IMG/VR virus record: IMGVR_UViG_3300032242_002454
Span: 124,001 to 188,000 of that record
Strand: one strand, 5' to 3'
Length of the DNA stretch: 64,000 nt
Numbering within the stretch: position 1 is the first letter of the stretch; each line of letters begins with the position of its first letter. The notes under the pieces were generated by a model. The model worked only from the letters and a program-made list of their open reading frames with translations. It did no database searches and was not told the DNA's origin. The position numbers and the translations under genes are program-made. Shown here piece after piece: positions 9,728-19,540 of the stretch.

Positions 9728-11158
9728 TTTTCATTCTCATATTCATACTTGGCTTGATGTTCTTGAGGAAAAAGCTAAGAAACAAACTTATGGAGATGAA
9801 CAAACAGTCTATTATTTTTTTAAGGAAAATAAGAAATATCACAAAATTACCCAAGTGTGGGAAGGAATTGAAACTATTCATGCTTTTGTGAACAAAACTA
9901 ATGGAGATATTTATAAGCCAGCAAGCTACTCCGCTCCGTACAAAGACACTAGATATAATCTGTTTACTGATTTTGACAAACTATTAGAGGAATGTGATTG
10001 GGCAGGTTCATACCTGTATAAAAAATGAAAGAAATTAAAAAAGAAGTCCGCTATCTAACAGATAAGCCAAAGATTAAAGCTTTGGTTGATGATGTGGGTG
10101 TTGAACATATTCTCAAATATTTGCTAGAATATCTTGATTCATTTGATATTGAATCAGATAGTGATCTATGGAAATTCAAGGTTGCTGATAGTATTGAGGA
10201 CGCTTATGATAATTATATCAACCGATTTAAGGAGACTGAACGAGCATGAGACTTGACCTAGCTATGGGATTAAAGGTTGGAGACAAGATTGTTAATGTAT
10301 TCATGGATGAACTTGTTATATCTCAAATAGAACATAATTATGATCCAAAACCACCAGTATTTATAGCATTGGATACTATGCTACAAAAACACTATTTGTG
10401 GTTTGATGAAATTTATTATCCAGATTTGTCCGATATTTGTGATGAAGAAAAAAGTTTTGTTCTTTGGGCTAGAGATAATAAACAATTGATTGGAGAAAAT
10501 TCCAGACTATCCAAAGAGATTTATATGCAAGGATATGCTAATGGTTTTAATTCTAAGCTGAAGTATTCGTATGAGGAACAGATGCAAAAATGAGCGACCA
10601 GAAATACGATCCAGACTGGAATCCAGATGATTATGATATGACGCTCAAGTATGAGCCAATGGACTTGTCCAAAGTAAATACTATACTAACAAAGTATAAA
10701 GGACAACCAGTATTAGATTATATTATTGAACTATATAAGTTAATTGAATATCAAAAACAAAGGATATTTCAACAGGAAAAAGAGATTATTGCTTTAAGAC
10801 ACGAAAAAGCATGGAAACACTATGACAATCCTATTGAGAATTATGATCCAGCTACAAGAAAGAATATAAATAGACCCCCAAAATCTGGTAATGCGAGTTG
10901 CTAATTATGATGATTTCAGAAATCAAGAAATGGGCTAAAGAAAAAGGTTATGAAATAATTAAAGACAAGGAGGATGGTCTTTATTATTGGGCCAAACTAA
11001 ATGCTGGGCCAGATGCTAGTGGTGTAGCAAAAAGCGTTAGTAAAGTAGCTACTGCAATTTTTAACCATATTACAGAAGATAAGTTTGTTGAATATCAACT
11101 TAAATATAAAGAAGAGAAAGAATATACTAAATTTACAGTGAGTGATTATGGCTCTTAA
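9681..11158 (+). other. five hypothetical ORFs (9681..10028, 10025..10249, 10246..10593, 10590..10904, 10898..11158)
   Basis: ATGA-coupled ORFs. Confidence 0.7.
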
Positions 11159-11639
11159 AAGTTTATATATTGATAGAGAATGGGAAACTAAGTGCATAGA
11201 TAAAATCTGTAATGAGATTAGAGATCGTTTTTCCTATGAAGATAAAGCGGCAATATTACAGTTAAGCTATGAATATTCTGGAATTATGGCTCAGTTAATG
11301 AGTCATAAATTATCTATAAAAGATGAACCATTAGATATTGAACCAGTTAATATCCCATACAAAAATGAATTTGAAGCATTTATTCATCCAGATCAACTTG
11401 ATCCTTATAACAAATTGATTATTGTAGATAGTGGATGTCTTAGCGGTAATAACTTTACAAAAATAGAAAAGAAATTATTAGACTATGGATTTGCTCGTTG
11501 GCAGTTATTTTTTACATGCGTAGCTTGTGATTTAAATAGTATTTTTCGACCAGACTTTTGCCCAATATATTTTGATGGTAATAATCAAATCTGTCACTTC
11601 TGGTGGGAGACAAGAACAGAAAAATTTAGGAGAGACTAA
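11148..11639 (+). CDS. phosphoribosyltransferase-fold protein
   Basis: LIIVDSGCLSGNNF resembles the PRPP-binding loop (hhhhDDxxxSGxT). Confidence 0.55.
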   Translation: MALKSLYIDREWETKCIDKICNEIRDRFSYEDKAAILQLSYEYSGIMAQLMSHKLSIKDEPLDIEPVNIPYKNEFEAFIHPDQLDPYNKLIIVDSGCLSGNNFTKIEKKLLDYGFARWQLFFTCVACDLNSIFRPDFCPIYFDGNNQICHFWWETRTEKFRRD

Positions 11640-12280
11640 TGAGTTCAGTAAAGCTAATTTCGGTAACTCCAGACGCAGAAAAACTTATGGCTTATTGTGC
11701 CAGAGTATCGAACCCAAATAATCAAGATAGCGAGAATTATTCAAAACTTCTAGCTTATTGCATTAAGAATCACCACTGGAGTATATTTGAACAAGCTTTT
11801 CTAACAGTAGAGATTAACACCACAAGAGGTTTGGCTGCACAAATTCTACGACACAGAAGTTTTACATTCCAAGAATTTAGTCAAAGATATGCTGATACTA
11901 CATTATTGTCTGAAGATATTCCAATGTTTGAACTACGAAGGCAGGACAATAAGAATAGACAGAATAGTATTGATGACATATCTAATGAAACTAAGGTGAA
12001 ATGGAATACTCAAATTCGTGAACATTTTTCTAAAGCAAAAGCTATTTATGATGGCATGATCGCAGACGGGATTGCTAAAGAATGTGCAAGATTTGTATTG
12101 CCACTAGCTACTCCGACCAGATTATATATGAGTGGATCAGTACGAAGCTTTATTCACTGGATTCAATTACGTTCTGCTCATGGAACTCAAAAAGAACACA
12201 TGCTTATTGTAGAAGAAACAAAGAGAATTTTTTCAGAACAATTTCCCACAGTATCAGAAGCATTAGGATGGAACAATTAA
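11639..12280 (+). CDS. thyX: FAD-dependent thymidylate synthase
   Basis: RHRSFTFQEFSQRY signature; HWSIFE; KECARFVLP. Confidence 0.97.
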   Translation: MSSVKLISVTPDAEKLMAYCARVSNPNNQDSENYSKLLAYCIKNHHWSIFEQAFLTVEINTTRGLAAQILRHRSFTFQEFSQRYADTTLLSEDIPMFELRRQDNKNRQNSIDDISNETKVKWNTQIREHFSKAKAIYDGMIADGIAKECARFVLPLATPTRLYMSGSVRSFIHWIQLRSAHGTQKEHMLIVEETKRIFSEQFPTVSEALGWNN

Positions 12281-12281
12281 T

Positions 12282-12464
12282 ATGTATAATGTAACAGCAC
12301 AAGTTTATGAGTTGCACGATCATTCTAGGCAGCATCTTTTGATTAATCAAGTTATGGATGCAGCATCAGAAGAAGATGCTATTTTTCAGTTTAAAGATCA
12401 GCACCGCATTAAGTTTCAAGTGGTTAAAATACATTCTGTAGAGCAATTTGAATATGGAAACTAA
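12282..12464 (+). CDS. hypothetical protein
   Basis: ORF track. Confidence 0.6.
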   Translation: MYNVTAQVYELHDHSRQHLLINQVMDAASEEDAIFQFKDQHRIKFQVVKIHSVEQFEYGN

Positions 12465-13089
12465 ATCTAATCTTACAATTAAAATAGTTAGAGAATTACT
12501 AGATTACGGATTCTCTGTGCTATTGTATAACAAAGAACAATTGCCAGATTCTTGTGGAGGATGGTGTTCTATTGATGAAGATGAAAGAGAATTTGCTGTT
12601 GCTATGAAACATCATATGGGTTTTGAAATTCTTATCCATGAATATTGTCATTTCTTACAATGGAAAGAAGATCGTAAACTATGGGATAGAAGTATGTCCA
12701 CCTACGATATTCTTTTTGACTGGATCAGTTTCCCATCATTAGTTCATAATGTTTTTATTAAAGATTGTAAGATTACTGATGAACAATTAAATCAAAGCTT
12801 ACATGATATTCTAGAGATAGAACATGATTGTGAAAAAAGAGTTTTGAAATTAGTTAAGAATTGTCCTATAGAAGATTTTGATGTAGATAAATACATTAGA
12901 GCGTCTAATGCTTACTTATGGTCTTATCATTTAAATAGAGAATTGAGGATTAGACCTAAAAATCCTATTTATTCACAAAGAGTATTAGAACATATGCCTA
13001 ATACTTTTAATCCCAATCTGTCTTTTTATCTAGATAGAGATAATTTAACTGATCCTATTCGACAAGCTTTATTGGCTGAATACGAATAA
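12454..13089 (+). CDS. HExxH zinc-metallopeptidase-like protein
   Basis: LIHEYCH plus downstream EIEHDCE. Confidence 0.55.
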   Translation: METKSNLTIKIVRELLDYGFSVLLYNKEQLPDSCGGWCSIDEDEREFAVAMKHHMGFEILIHEYCHFLQWKEDRKLWDRSMSTYDILFDWISFPSLVHNVFIKDCKITDEQLNQSLHDILEIEHDCEKRVLKLVKNCPIEDFDVDKYIRASNAYLWSYHLNRELRIRPKNPIYSQRVLEHMPNTFNPNLSFYLDRDNLTDPIRQALLAEYE

Positions 13090-13103
13090 TTCTCAAGTCT
13101 CAG

Positions 13104-13132
13104 TTGACAGTTGGACGATACTGTGATAGAAT
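13104..13132 (+). promoter_or_regulatory. sigma70-type promoter (class I)
   Basis: TTGACA-17-TAGAAT, spacer ACGATA. Confidence 0.8.
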
Positions 13133-13150
13133 CCTGTAAACGGAGGTATT

Positions 13151-14071
13151 ATGAGATTCGGACTGTGTTGCATTTCTCTCAAACTTAAAGATCAAGGTTT
13201 TGGTCATCAGACTATGACCTTTAAGCGTTTTAATTCTTTGCCAAGAGAAGAAGCATTAGAAACTCTTGGAGATAGAATTCTAAATAATCTAGTTACAACA
13301 AACAAGACTATTCAGTTTTGTGCAGAAAATAATTATACCTATCGCGTTAGTAGCGATATTTTTCCACTTATTACTTATGATGAAGCAAATGTTGAATTGG
13401 AAGATTTACCTAATCATGATGCTATCCAAGATGAGTTCGACAATATCTCAAACACTATTGCCCATACTAATGTTCGGGTTTCTGCTCATCCTAGTGAATT
13501 TAATAGTTTGGCAAGTCTCAACGAAAAAGTTGTCGAAAAAACAATCTCAGAACTCAACTTCTACAGTAGTTTCTTTGACAGAATAGGGTTGCCAGCAGAC
13601 CGTAGATCACCCATGAATTTTCATGTTCATAACAATAACGGAACCAGAGAAGAAATTGCCCACAGATTTTATAACAACTTCAAAAAACTGGACAAAAATT
13701 GTCAGGATCGTATAACAATAGAGAACGATGATAAACTAAATTGTTGGAGTGTTCAAGAATTGGTAGATATTTTCCATCCAATTACACGCATCCCGATCTG
13801 TTTCGATTATCTGCATCATAAATGTCACCCCAATAATTTGTCGGAAAGTGATGCTATTAATATGTGCTGGGAAACTTGGCAAACAAAACCTCTTTTTCAT
13901 TATAGCGAATCATCACTAGGAACTAATCCTCGTAAACACGCAGATTATGCAGTAAAACCCTTGAATACTTATGGACTAGAGTTTGATCTTGATATGGAAT
14001 TGAAAGCTAAAGACTTGGCTATTGCAGAGTACAGTGAACTTTTAACCAGAGAGATTTCAAATGTCAGCTAA
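13151..14071 (+). CDS. uvsE: UV DNA damage repair endonuclease
   Basis: RFGLCCI, YRVSSDIFP, SAHPSEF, IENDD, FDYLHH, HYSES, RKHADY, MELKAKD. Confidence 0.95.
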   Translation: MRFGLCCISLKLKDQGFGHQTMTFKRFNSLPREEALETLGDRILNNLVTTNKTIQFCAENNYTYRVSSDIFPLITYDEANVELEDLPNHDAIQDEFDNISNTIAHTNVRVSAHPSEFNSLASLNEKVVEKTISELNFYSSFFDRIGLPADRRSPMNFHVHNNNGTREEIAHRFYNNFKKLDKNCQDRITIENDDKLNCWSVQELVDIFHPITRIPICFDYLHHKCHPNNLSESDAINMCWETWQTKPLFHYSESSLGTNPRKHADYAVKPLNTYGLEFDLDMELKAKDLAIAEYSELLTREISNVS

Positions 14072-14210
14072 TCTTATTCTTATTACTGGCTTAATTTATG
14101 TTTACATAGCAATAGAACAAGGTTATTTACATAATAATTACGGTATGTTTATTGCTTATATGGGATATGCAGCGGCAAATGTGGGCTTATATATGTTAGC
14201 TTCTAAATGA
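14061..14210 (+). CDS. small membrane protein (49 aa)
   Basis: MSANLILITGLIYVYIAIEQ...GYAAANVGLYMLASK; two hydrophobic segments; not in track. Confidence 0.65.
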   Translation: MSANLILITGLIYVYIAIEQGYLHNNYGMFIAYMGYAAANVGLYMLASK

Positions 14211-14389
14211 TAGGAACTAAATTATGAAAGAACCAAAAAAAATTAAACTAAATCCAGAAACACCAGTAATAAAAGAACCTATAAGGTATAGACTACTACC
14301 AGTTGATAATAAAGAATTTGAGATTAGCGGTCAAGATAATGATGATACATATATTTCTTTGGACTTAACTACATTCAACAGATCATTAA

Positions 14390-14845
14390 ATGAAGATAAT
14401 TCAGAAAACAATTAAGAAAGCCTATCAACATTGGCAACCCGATCCTCTCATTCGTTGCTATCATTATGCTGCTGCTTTTGATGGAACCAAGATGATTGAA
14501 TTTGCACAGAATAACCCTATCAAGATGAGTACCAAAGCTTTTAGAATTGGTAAACGATTTAATATACCTAAGTATTTGGAGTATCCTTATGTTCATAGTG
14601 AATCTCATCTTATTTCTAAATTACTTGATCGCTATAATTCCATTGATCCTAATTGGAGCATATGTGTCCTTAGAATTAACAGACAAGGATTAATTCTTGG
14701 AAGTAAGCCGTGCGTTAACTGTTCTAAACTGTTAAATGCTGTTGGGTTAACTCAAGTATATCATAGTGATGATAATGGAGATTTCGTTTGTCCAACCAAA
14801 ACCATTAAGGTTGAAAGCTTGACAATGCCGATAGCTATGGTATAA
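14390..14845 (+). CDS. cytidine/deoxycytidylate deaminase-family protein
   Basis: HSE ... SKPCVNC zinc-binding motif. Confidence 0.8.
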   Translation: MKIIQKTIKKAYQHWQPDPLIRCYHYAAAFDGTKMIEFAQNNPIKMSTKAFRIGKRFNIPKYLEYPYVHSESHLISKLLDRYNSIDPNWSICVLRINRQGLILGSKPCVNCSKLLNAVGLTQVYHSDDNGDFVCPTKTIKVESLTMPIAMV

Positions 14846-14846
14846 A
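14819..14846 (+). promoter_or_regulatory. sigma70-type promoter (class I)
   Basis: TTGACA-16-TATAAA, spacer GCCGATA. Confidence 0.7.
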
Positions 14847-14881
14847 CACAGCGTTGGCTACTCTTTGTCATTGGAGACACG

Positions 14882-15100
14882 ATGAATTGTATCTATTGTA
14901 AGAATTGTGTTGGTGTTGAAAGATATGAATTTTTGGTCGAAACTAACCGCAATATAGTATGTAAAGAATGTTCAGCAGAGCAAAAGGCTGTTGGATATAT
15001 GGATTGGGGACATAAGACCGCACCAAGTTTAGTTATGGTGCCAAGTAATGCTAAAGAAACTATTAGGATTTTAGACCGAGCAAATAGGAGAGCTAGATGA
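14882..15100 (+). CDS. TraR/DksA-like C4 zinc finger protein
   Basis: CIYC-x-VGVER...CKEC spacing matches the DksA C4 finger. Confidence 0.6.
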   Translation: MNCIYCKNCVGVERYEFLVETNRNIVCKECSAEQKAVGYMDWGHKTAPSLVMVPSNAKETIRILDRANRRAR

Positions 15101-16019
15101 TTAGTGATTATGAAATTGAAAGTCTTTTGTTTGAACAAGTAAAAAAACCCAAACATCATTCTATGACTAAGGTAATAAATGTTTTTCATGACTATTATCG
15201 AATTAATGTTTATACTGAAATTGAAGAAGAAGGTTTGATTAAACGTAAAATTGCTCAAAGTTATATGACTACGTTTAGAAAGAATGTTCTGACTATTATT
15301 CCCGATCCAGATAAAAAACCAGAAGATCTAAAAAGGAAATTTTAATATGCCACTATTTGAAGTTAACACTGTTTCTCTTTTCAGACACAAGTATGTTATT
15401 GAGGCGAAAAGTCTTGAACACGCTTATGATACGGTTTATTGTGATAAGCCAGAAGAATTGACACAAAAGCATCTTGAAGAAACTATTGTTGATGGTCGAA
15501 AGATTGATAGAAAAGAATTTGAAAGACTTTGTAAAGAAGCTATAAATAATGAGGGGGAGCTTAGTAACGCTCATTTAGGAACAAAAATTATTCATAAAGT
15601 AAAATATAATGATGAATATTGATCTTCAAGATAAGCTAAGAGAAAAATATCCAGAACAATTTAAAAATCTCACATGGATTGAGTGTGATGAAGGTTGGTA
15701 TGATATACTATCTCGTCTTTTTTATATTGTGAATAATCATCTAGACCATAAAAAAAAGATTAATGAACCAGTAGAATCTTTTGGATGGACTCAAATTAAA
15801 GAAAAGTTTGGTGGATTACGAGCTTACTATTATGGTGGTGATGAATTTATTCGTGGAGCTATATGGATGGCAGAAAGTATGAGCTATACTATTTGTGAAC
15901 ATACTGGAGAAAAAGGCAAATTAAGAAAGCAAAAGAAAGACGAAGTAACTGGACAGATTATTCCAGCATGGATTAAAACTTTTTCTGATAAAGAAGCAGA
16001 GAGACAAGGGTATGTTTGA
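15097..16019 (+). other. three hypothetical ORFs (15097..15345, 15347..15622, 15609..16019)
   Basis: 15609 ORF has the widespread phage motif QIKEKFGGLRAYY. Confidence 0.7.
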
Positions 16020-16049
16020 AATTTTCAGAGAACCGCTAAAGATTTCCAC

Positions 16050-16077
16050 TTGACAGTGCCGATTACTGTGATATACT
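16050..16077 (+). promoter_or_regulatory. sigma70-type promoter (class I)
   Basis: TTGACA-16-TATACT, spacer GCCGATT. Confidence 0.8.
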
Positions 16078-16113
16078 TGGGAAGTAACGTCAACTAACAC
16101 AGGAGAAAAGAAG

Positions 16114-16518
16114 ATGGGTAAGGGTCAAAAAACTTGTGATAAATGTGGAGCTACCACAGGCCCAAGAGCTTATATGTGTCCTAAATGCAATGCTCCATTT
16201 GTTTTTAAGGCAAAGAGCAAAGAAGCAAAGAACACGAAGATTATTCGTGACTTTAATTGGAAAGAACTGGTAAAGGGAGATCGTATCAGAGTTGGTGGAG
16301 GCCCATACTTTGTATCCAAGGGAGATTTTGTTCCTATGGGTTATAGGGGTCGTTTTGTTGTGGAGGGTCTTGACCATGATGGAATTAAAGCATGGGGGCT
16401 AGACAAGCATCAAGGTTTTTGTCATATCTATATGGGGCCAGATATTCAGAACAAAGAAACTGGCGTATGGAAGATTAAACATAAGCTTATGAAACTCAAA
16501 CAAAAAGTGGAGGCGTAA
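16114..16518 (+). CDS. zinc-ribbon protein
   Basis: KTCDKCG...CPKC double CxxC; AGGAG RBS. Confidence 0.7.
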   Translation: MGKGQKTCDKCGATTGPRAYMCPKCNAPFVFKAKSKEAKNTKIIRDFNWKELVKGDRIRVGGGPYFVSKGDFVPMGYRGRFVVEGLDHDGIKAWGLDKHQGFCHIYMGPDIQNKETGVWKIKHKLMKLKQKVEA

Positions 16519-16802
16519 TGTCTCTTACACAGGAACAACGGGATCAGATTAATAGGCTCATAGATTACCGTGATGAGATGGTAAGTAGTTTATTTCATAT
16601 TGAGCGTATTCTTAAAACATATTTTCCAGAAGAATTTGAAAGAGCTATCCAGTTTTATCTGCCTCAAATTACCACTGCTCTTTATGAGGATAAAAAGTGG
16701 CTAAGTAGAGGCGAGTATAGTTTGCAGAACACTATTGACAATCTGATAGAGCGGTGTAAAACGATAGACAGTGGCGACAAGAATATCAATAAGTATCTCT
16801 AA
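16518..16802 (+). CDS. hypothetical protein
   Basis: ORF track. Confidence 0.65.
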   Translation: MSLTQEQRDQINRLIDYRDEMVSSLFHIERILKTYFPEEFERAIQFYLPQITTALYEDKKWLSRGEYSLQNTIDNLIERCKTIDSGDKNINKYL

Positions 16803-16817
16803 TTTGGAAAGACTATT

Positions 16818-17189
16818 ATGGAAACCTATAGTATTATTGATCTTGAGGGATATGCTAAGGCTATGAGAGATGGTGCCGCATCTTCTTTTGAAAAAGACTA
16901 CACAGAAAATCTTGATGATTTCATCACTATTGAGCAAGTAATCAATCTTATCAAGAAAAATAATCTTGGTTTGGATGAGGACGGGAACTACATTATTAAC
17001 TCTAATATTTTTGATGAAATGTTTGGGGAGATTAGGGACTGGCTTTATGGTGTTGGACTTTCTAAGTTGGCAGCAAAAGGCTTTGTAGATTGTGCATGGG
17101 ATGATGAAGCTAATGAGATGGTATTCTGGTTAGCTAATAAAGACAAGACTAATATTCCAGCAAAACCATCAGTAGATAATGATGACTGA
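16818..17189 (+). CDS. hypothetical protein, paralog family A
   Basis: C-terminal SKLAAKGFVDCAWDDEANEMVFW. Confidence 0.75.
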   Translation: METYSIIDLEGYAKAMRDGAASSFEKDYTENLDDFITIEQVINLIKKNNLGLDEDGNYIINSNIFDEMFGEIRDWLYGVGLSKLAAKGFVDCAWDDEANEMVFWLANKDKTNIPAKPSVDNDD

Positions 17190-17553
17190 ATACTACAAAG
17201 TTAAAAACATCAAATTGTTTGCTAAAAGTATCAGAAAGAATGTTGCCCTTTGTTTCCCCAAATCTTATTCTGCTCAAATAGATGAGTTGATTTCAGTTGG
17301 TCAAACAGAAAATCTAATAAGACAGTATGCTGAAATTTCTTCTAATGATGAATTTTTAATGAGTGAAGATAATTATAATCTGATATTTGACAATATTAAA
17401 GCTTGGCTATATAATAGTAGTCTAAGTAAGCTTGCATCTTCTGGAGAGATAGAGTGTGCATGGGATGATGAAATAAATGAAATGATCTTTTGGCACACAA
17501 AATCTTCAGAAAAATTCCATATTGCCTCTTGTTCTAGAAATAATTATGAGTAA
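17179..17553 (+). CDS. hypothetical protein, paralog family A
   Basis: C-terminal SKLASSGEIECAWDDEINEMIFW. Confidence 0.75.
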   Translation: MMTEYYKVKNIKLFAKSIRKNVALCFPKSYSAQIDELISVGQTENLIRQYAEISSNDEFLMSEDNYNLIFDNIKAWLYNSSLSKLASSGEIECAWDDEINEMIFWHTKSSEKFHIASCSRNNYE

Positions 17554-17709
17554 TCAAAACGAAATAAATGAACTAAAAAATCAAATACATGATTTAAAAG
17601 AATATCTATATTCTGATTTATGTAAGGCTTGTGGAGAGGCAGCATTATCTCTGGAGAAAATTAGCGAAAGATTAAATGAACTAGAGTCTCAACAAAATTC
17701 CTAAAGGTC

Positions 17710-17738
17710 TTGACAGTGGTTGGTCGATAGGATACAAT
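17710..17738 (+). promoter_or_regulatory. sigma70-type promoter (class I) driving the tRNA/tmRNA locus
   Basis: TTGACA-17-TACAAT, spacer TCGATA. Confidence 0.85.
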
Positions 17739-17751
17739 AGAAAGACAATAC

Positions 17752-17824
17752 GGGGCGTTCGTCTAATGGTCTAAGACGCTAGTCTTATTAACTAGCTAAG
17801 GGAGTTCGATTCTCTCACGCCCTA
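17752..17824 (+). tRNA. tRNA-Ile (anticodon UAU), atypical U37
   Basis: Acceptor GGGGCGT/ACGCCCT+A; D stem GTCT/AGAC; anticodon stem CTAGT/ACTAG with loop CT-TAT-TA; T arm GGGAG-TTCGATT-CTCTC. Confidence 0.8.
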
Positions 17825-17864
17825 CTTTTGCTTTAAGTATTCGATTCTTGATTGAAAGCAAGTA

Positions 17865-18065
17865 ATGAAACTACAGCCACTAACAGTAATTTTTGCTGGA
17901 TTATTTCTAGTATCACTAGGATTTAATATTCTATTGACTATACAGGTAAAAAAACTAGCTAATAAGCCTCCCAGAATTATTATAGAAAGAACACCAGAAA
18001 TTCATATCAAACCAAAAGTTTGGGGGTATACTAAAGAATGGGCTAGTAAAGGTATCGACAGGTAA
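17865..18065 (+). CDS. small single-TM protein whose 3' end overlaps tmRNA
   Basis: Hydrophobic helix LTVIFAGLFLVSLGFNILLTI; last 8 codons and stop lie inside tmRNA. Confidence 0.55.
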   Translation: MKLQPLTVIFAGLFLVSLGFNILLTIQVKKLANKPPRIIIERTPEIHIKPKVWGYTKEWASKGIDR

Positions 18066-18389
18066 AATAGATATAGATGGCATCGACTGGTTAATCGACC
18101 GGCCAGTTTAAAAGTCGATTAAAATTGTTAATTGGCGAAGTAACTCTCGCTCTCGCTGCCTAATTAATTAGGTAATGAGTGGGGCGGCATGAGCCTTATT
18201 ACCAAATCATGCTGACTCCGATATTCGGATATGGTAGTCTTACCAGACATAAATAAGACTGATGATTGTACTCAATCTGACGCAGATAATTCTGATAGCT
18301 TTGTTGGTAGTGTGATAACAACCAACTAACGATGTAGAAGTTTGTATTGATGTTTATTCTGGACGGCAGTTCGACTCTGCCCTAGTCCA
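18040..18389 (+). ncRNA. ssrA: tmRNA; tag peptide (A)GEVTLALAA
   Basis: Acceptor GGGCTAG/CTAGTCC+A with G3:U70 and A73; 5' GG-N-ATCGAC; T arm GGCAG-TTCGACT-CTGCC; internal ORF 18134..18163 ending LALAA-TAA. Confidence 0.93.
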
Positions 18390-18443
18390 CTTAATTTAGC
18401 TCTTGTTCATATTTTGGTGTAAAGATATGTACAGGAAATAACT

Positions 18444-18977
18444 ATGAAAACTAATACATCTGTTGATTGTGCATATTGTGGTAAAAAAGTAGTAAAATTA
18501 GCTTCAGAAGTAAAAAGACGAAGGAAAGTAGGAAAAGATAAGTTTTATTGTAATAATAATTGTTCTGGTAAGCATAAGGCTGTTTATGTTATGCCATATA
18601 AGGATAATTTCAAAAAAACAAAATATACTAGACAACCAGATAAGTTTGCTAATTTTAGATGGTATATAAAAAATGTCATCAAAAATTCTAAAAAACGTAA
18701 TCAGGAATATGATATAGATCTAGAATATTTGAATCAATTATGGGAAAACCAACTTGGAGTCTGTCCATTTACTAAACAGAAATTAGAACTCAGAACTCAC
18801 AGCTATAAAAATAAGAAACATCCATATTCAGCTTCTTTAGATAGAATAGATAATACAAAAGGCTATATCAAAGGGAATATAAGATTTGTTGCTTTGATAT
18901 TCAATTACGCAAAGAACACATTTAACGATCAACAAGTTTTAGATTTTTGTCAAAACACAGTTTTAAGTATATCATGA
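18444..18977 (+). mobile_element. free-standing HNH-type (His-Me finger) endonuclease
   Basis: N-terminal CAYC...YCNNNC; C-terminal CPFT...SLDRIDNTKGYIKGNIRFV. Confidence 0.7.
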
Positions 18978-19540
18978 TAAATCCTAATGACGTAATTTTA
19001 CATACTATAGATGCAAAATTTACACAACTTATAATCTCTAATGCTAAAAAAGCAGAGATTGGAGGAAAATCTCAAATTAGAAATTCTAGTAAAAGATTAT
19101 CTAATTTAGCAGAAGATCAGTTGGTCGGTCAAATATCTACATATTGTGGATCAATGATACTAACTGGTTCTCCAGAAGGATATATTCAAGCAAGAGATAA
19201 AGCAAATGCTACTCCTTTGGCTGGAGATAATGGACTAGATATAGTTGGTCTACCTAATGTGGATATTAAAGGTAGTTTGATGAGGTATTCTAATAATCCC
19301 CTAAATTACAGACTATTAGTTAGACCAAAAGAAAGACACGAAAACTGGATTTATGTATTAGCATTAGTTCCAAAAGAAAGACCGTATAAAACTTATCTTG
19401 TGGGATGGGCTAATGACAATGATCTTCCATCAGAACCATATAATGGAGAGATAATATCTTTACATGGTGCATATGTTATTGAGGCTAGAAACTTAAGAAA
19501 AATTGAAGAATTAATTTCTCTTCAACATAATTATGTCTAG
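18974..19540 (+). CDS. hypothetical protein, possible PD-(D/E)XK fold
   Basis: LDIVGLPNVDIKGS pattern; weak. Confidence 0.45.
   Translation: MINPNDVILHTIDAKFTQLIISNAKKAEIGGKSQIRNSSKRLSNLAEDQLVGQISTYCGSMILTGSPEGYIQARDKANATPLAGDNGLDIVGLPNVDIKGSLMRYSNNPLNYRLLVRPKERHENWIYVLALVPKERPYKTYLVGWANDNDLPSEPYNGEIISLHGAYVIEARNLRKIEELISLQHNYV

Noticed and set aside
17774-17780. Reading the anticodon loop CTTATTA as UUA (ochre suppressor), implying stop-codon recoding
   Set aside because: Stem geometry places TAT at positions 34-36; long conserved genes are intact in code 11 and end in TAA/TAG/TGA at expected places
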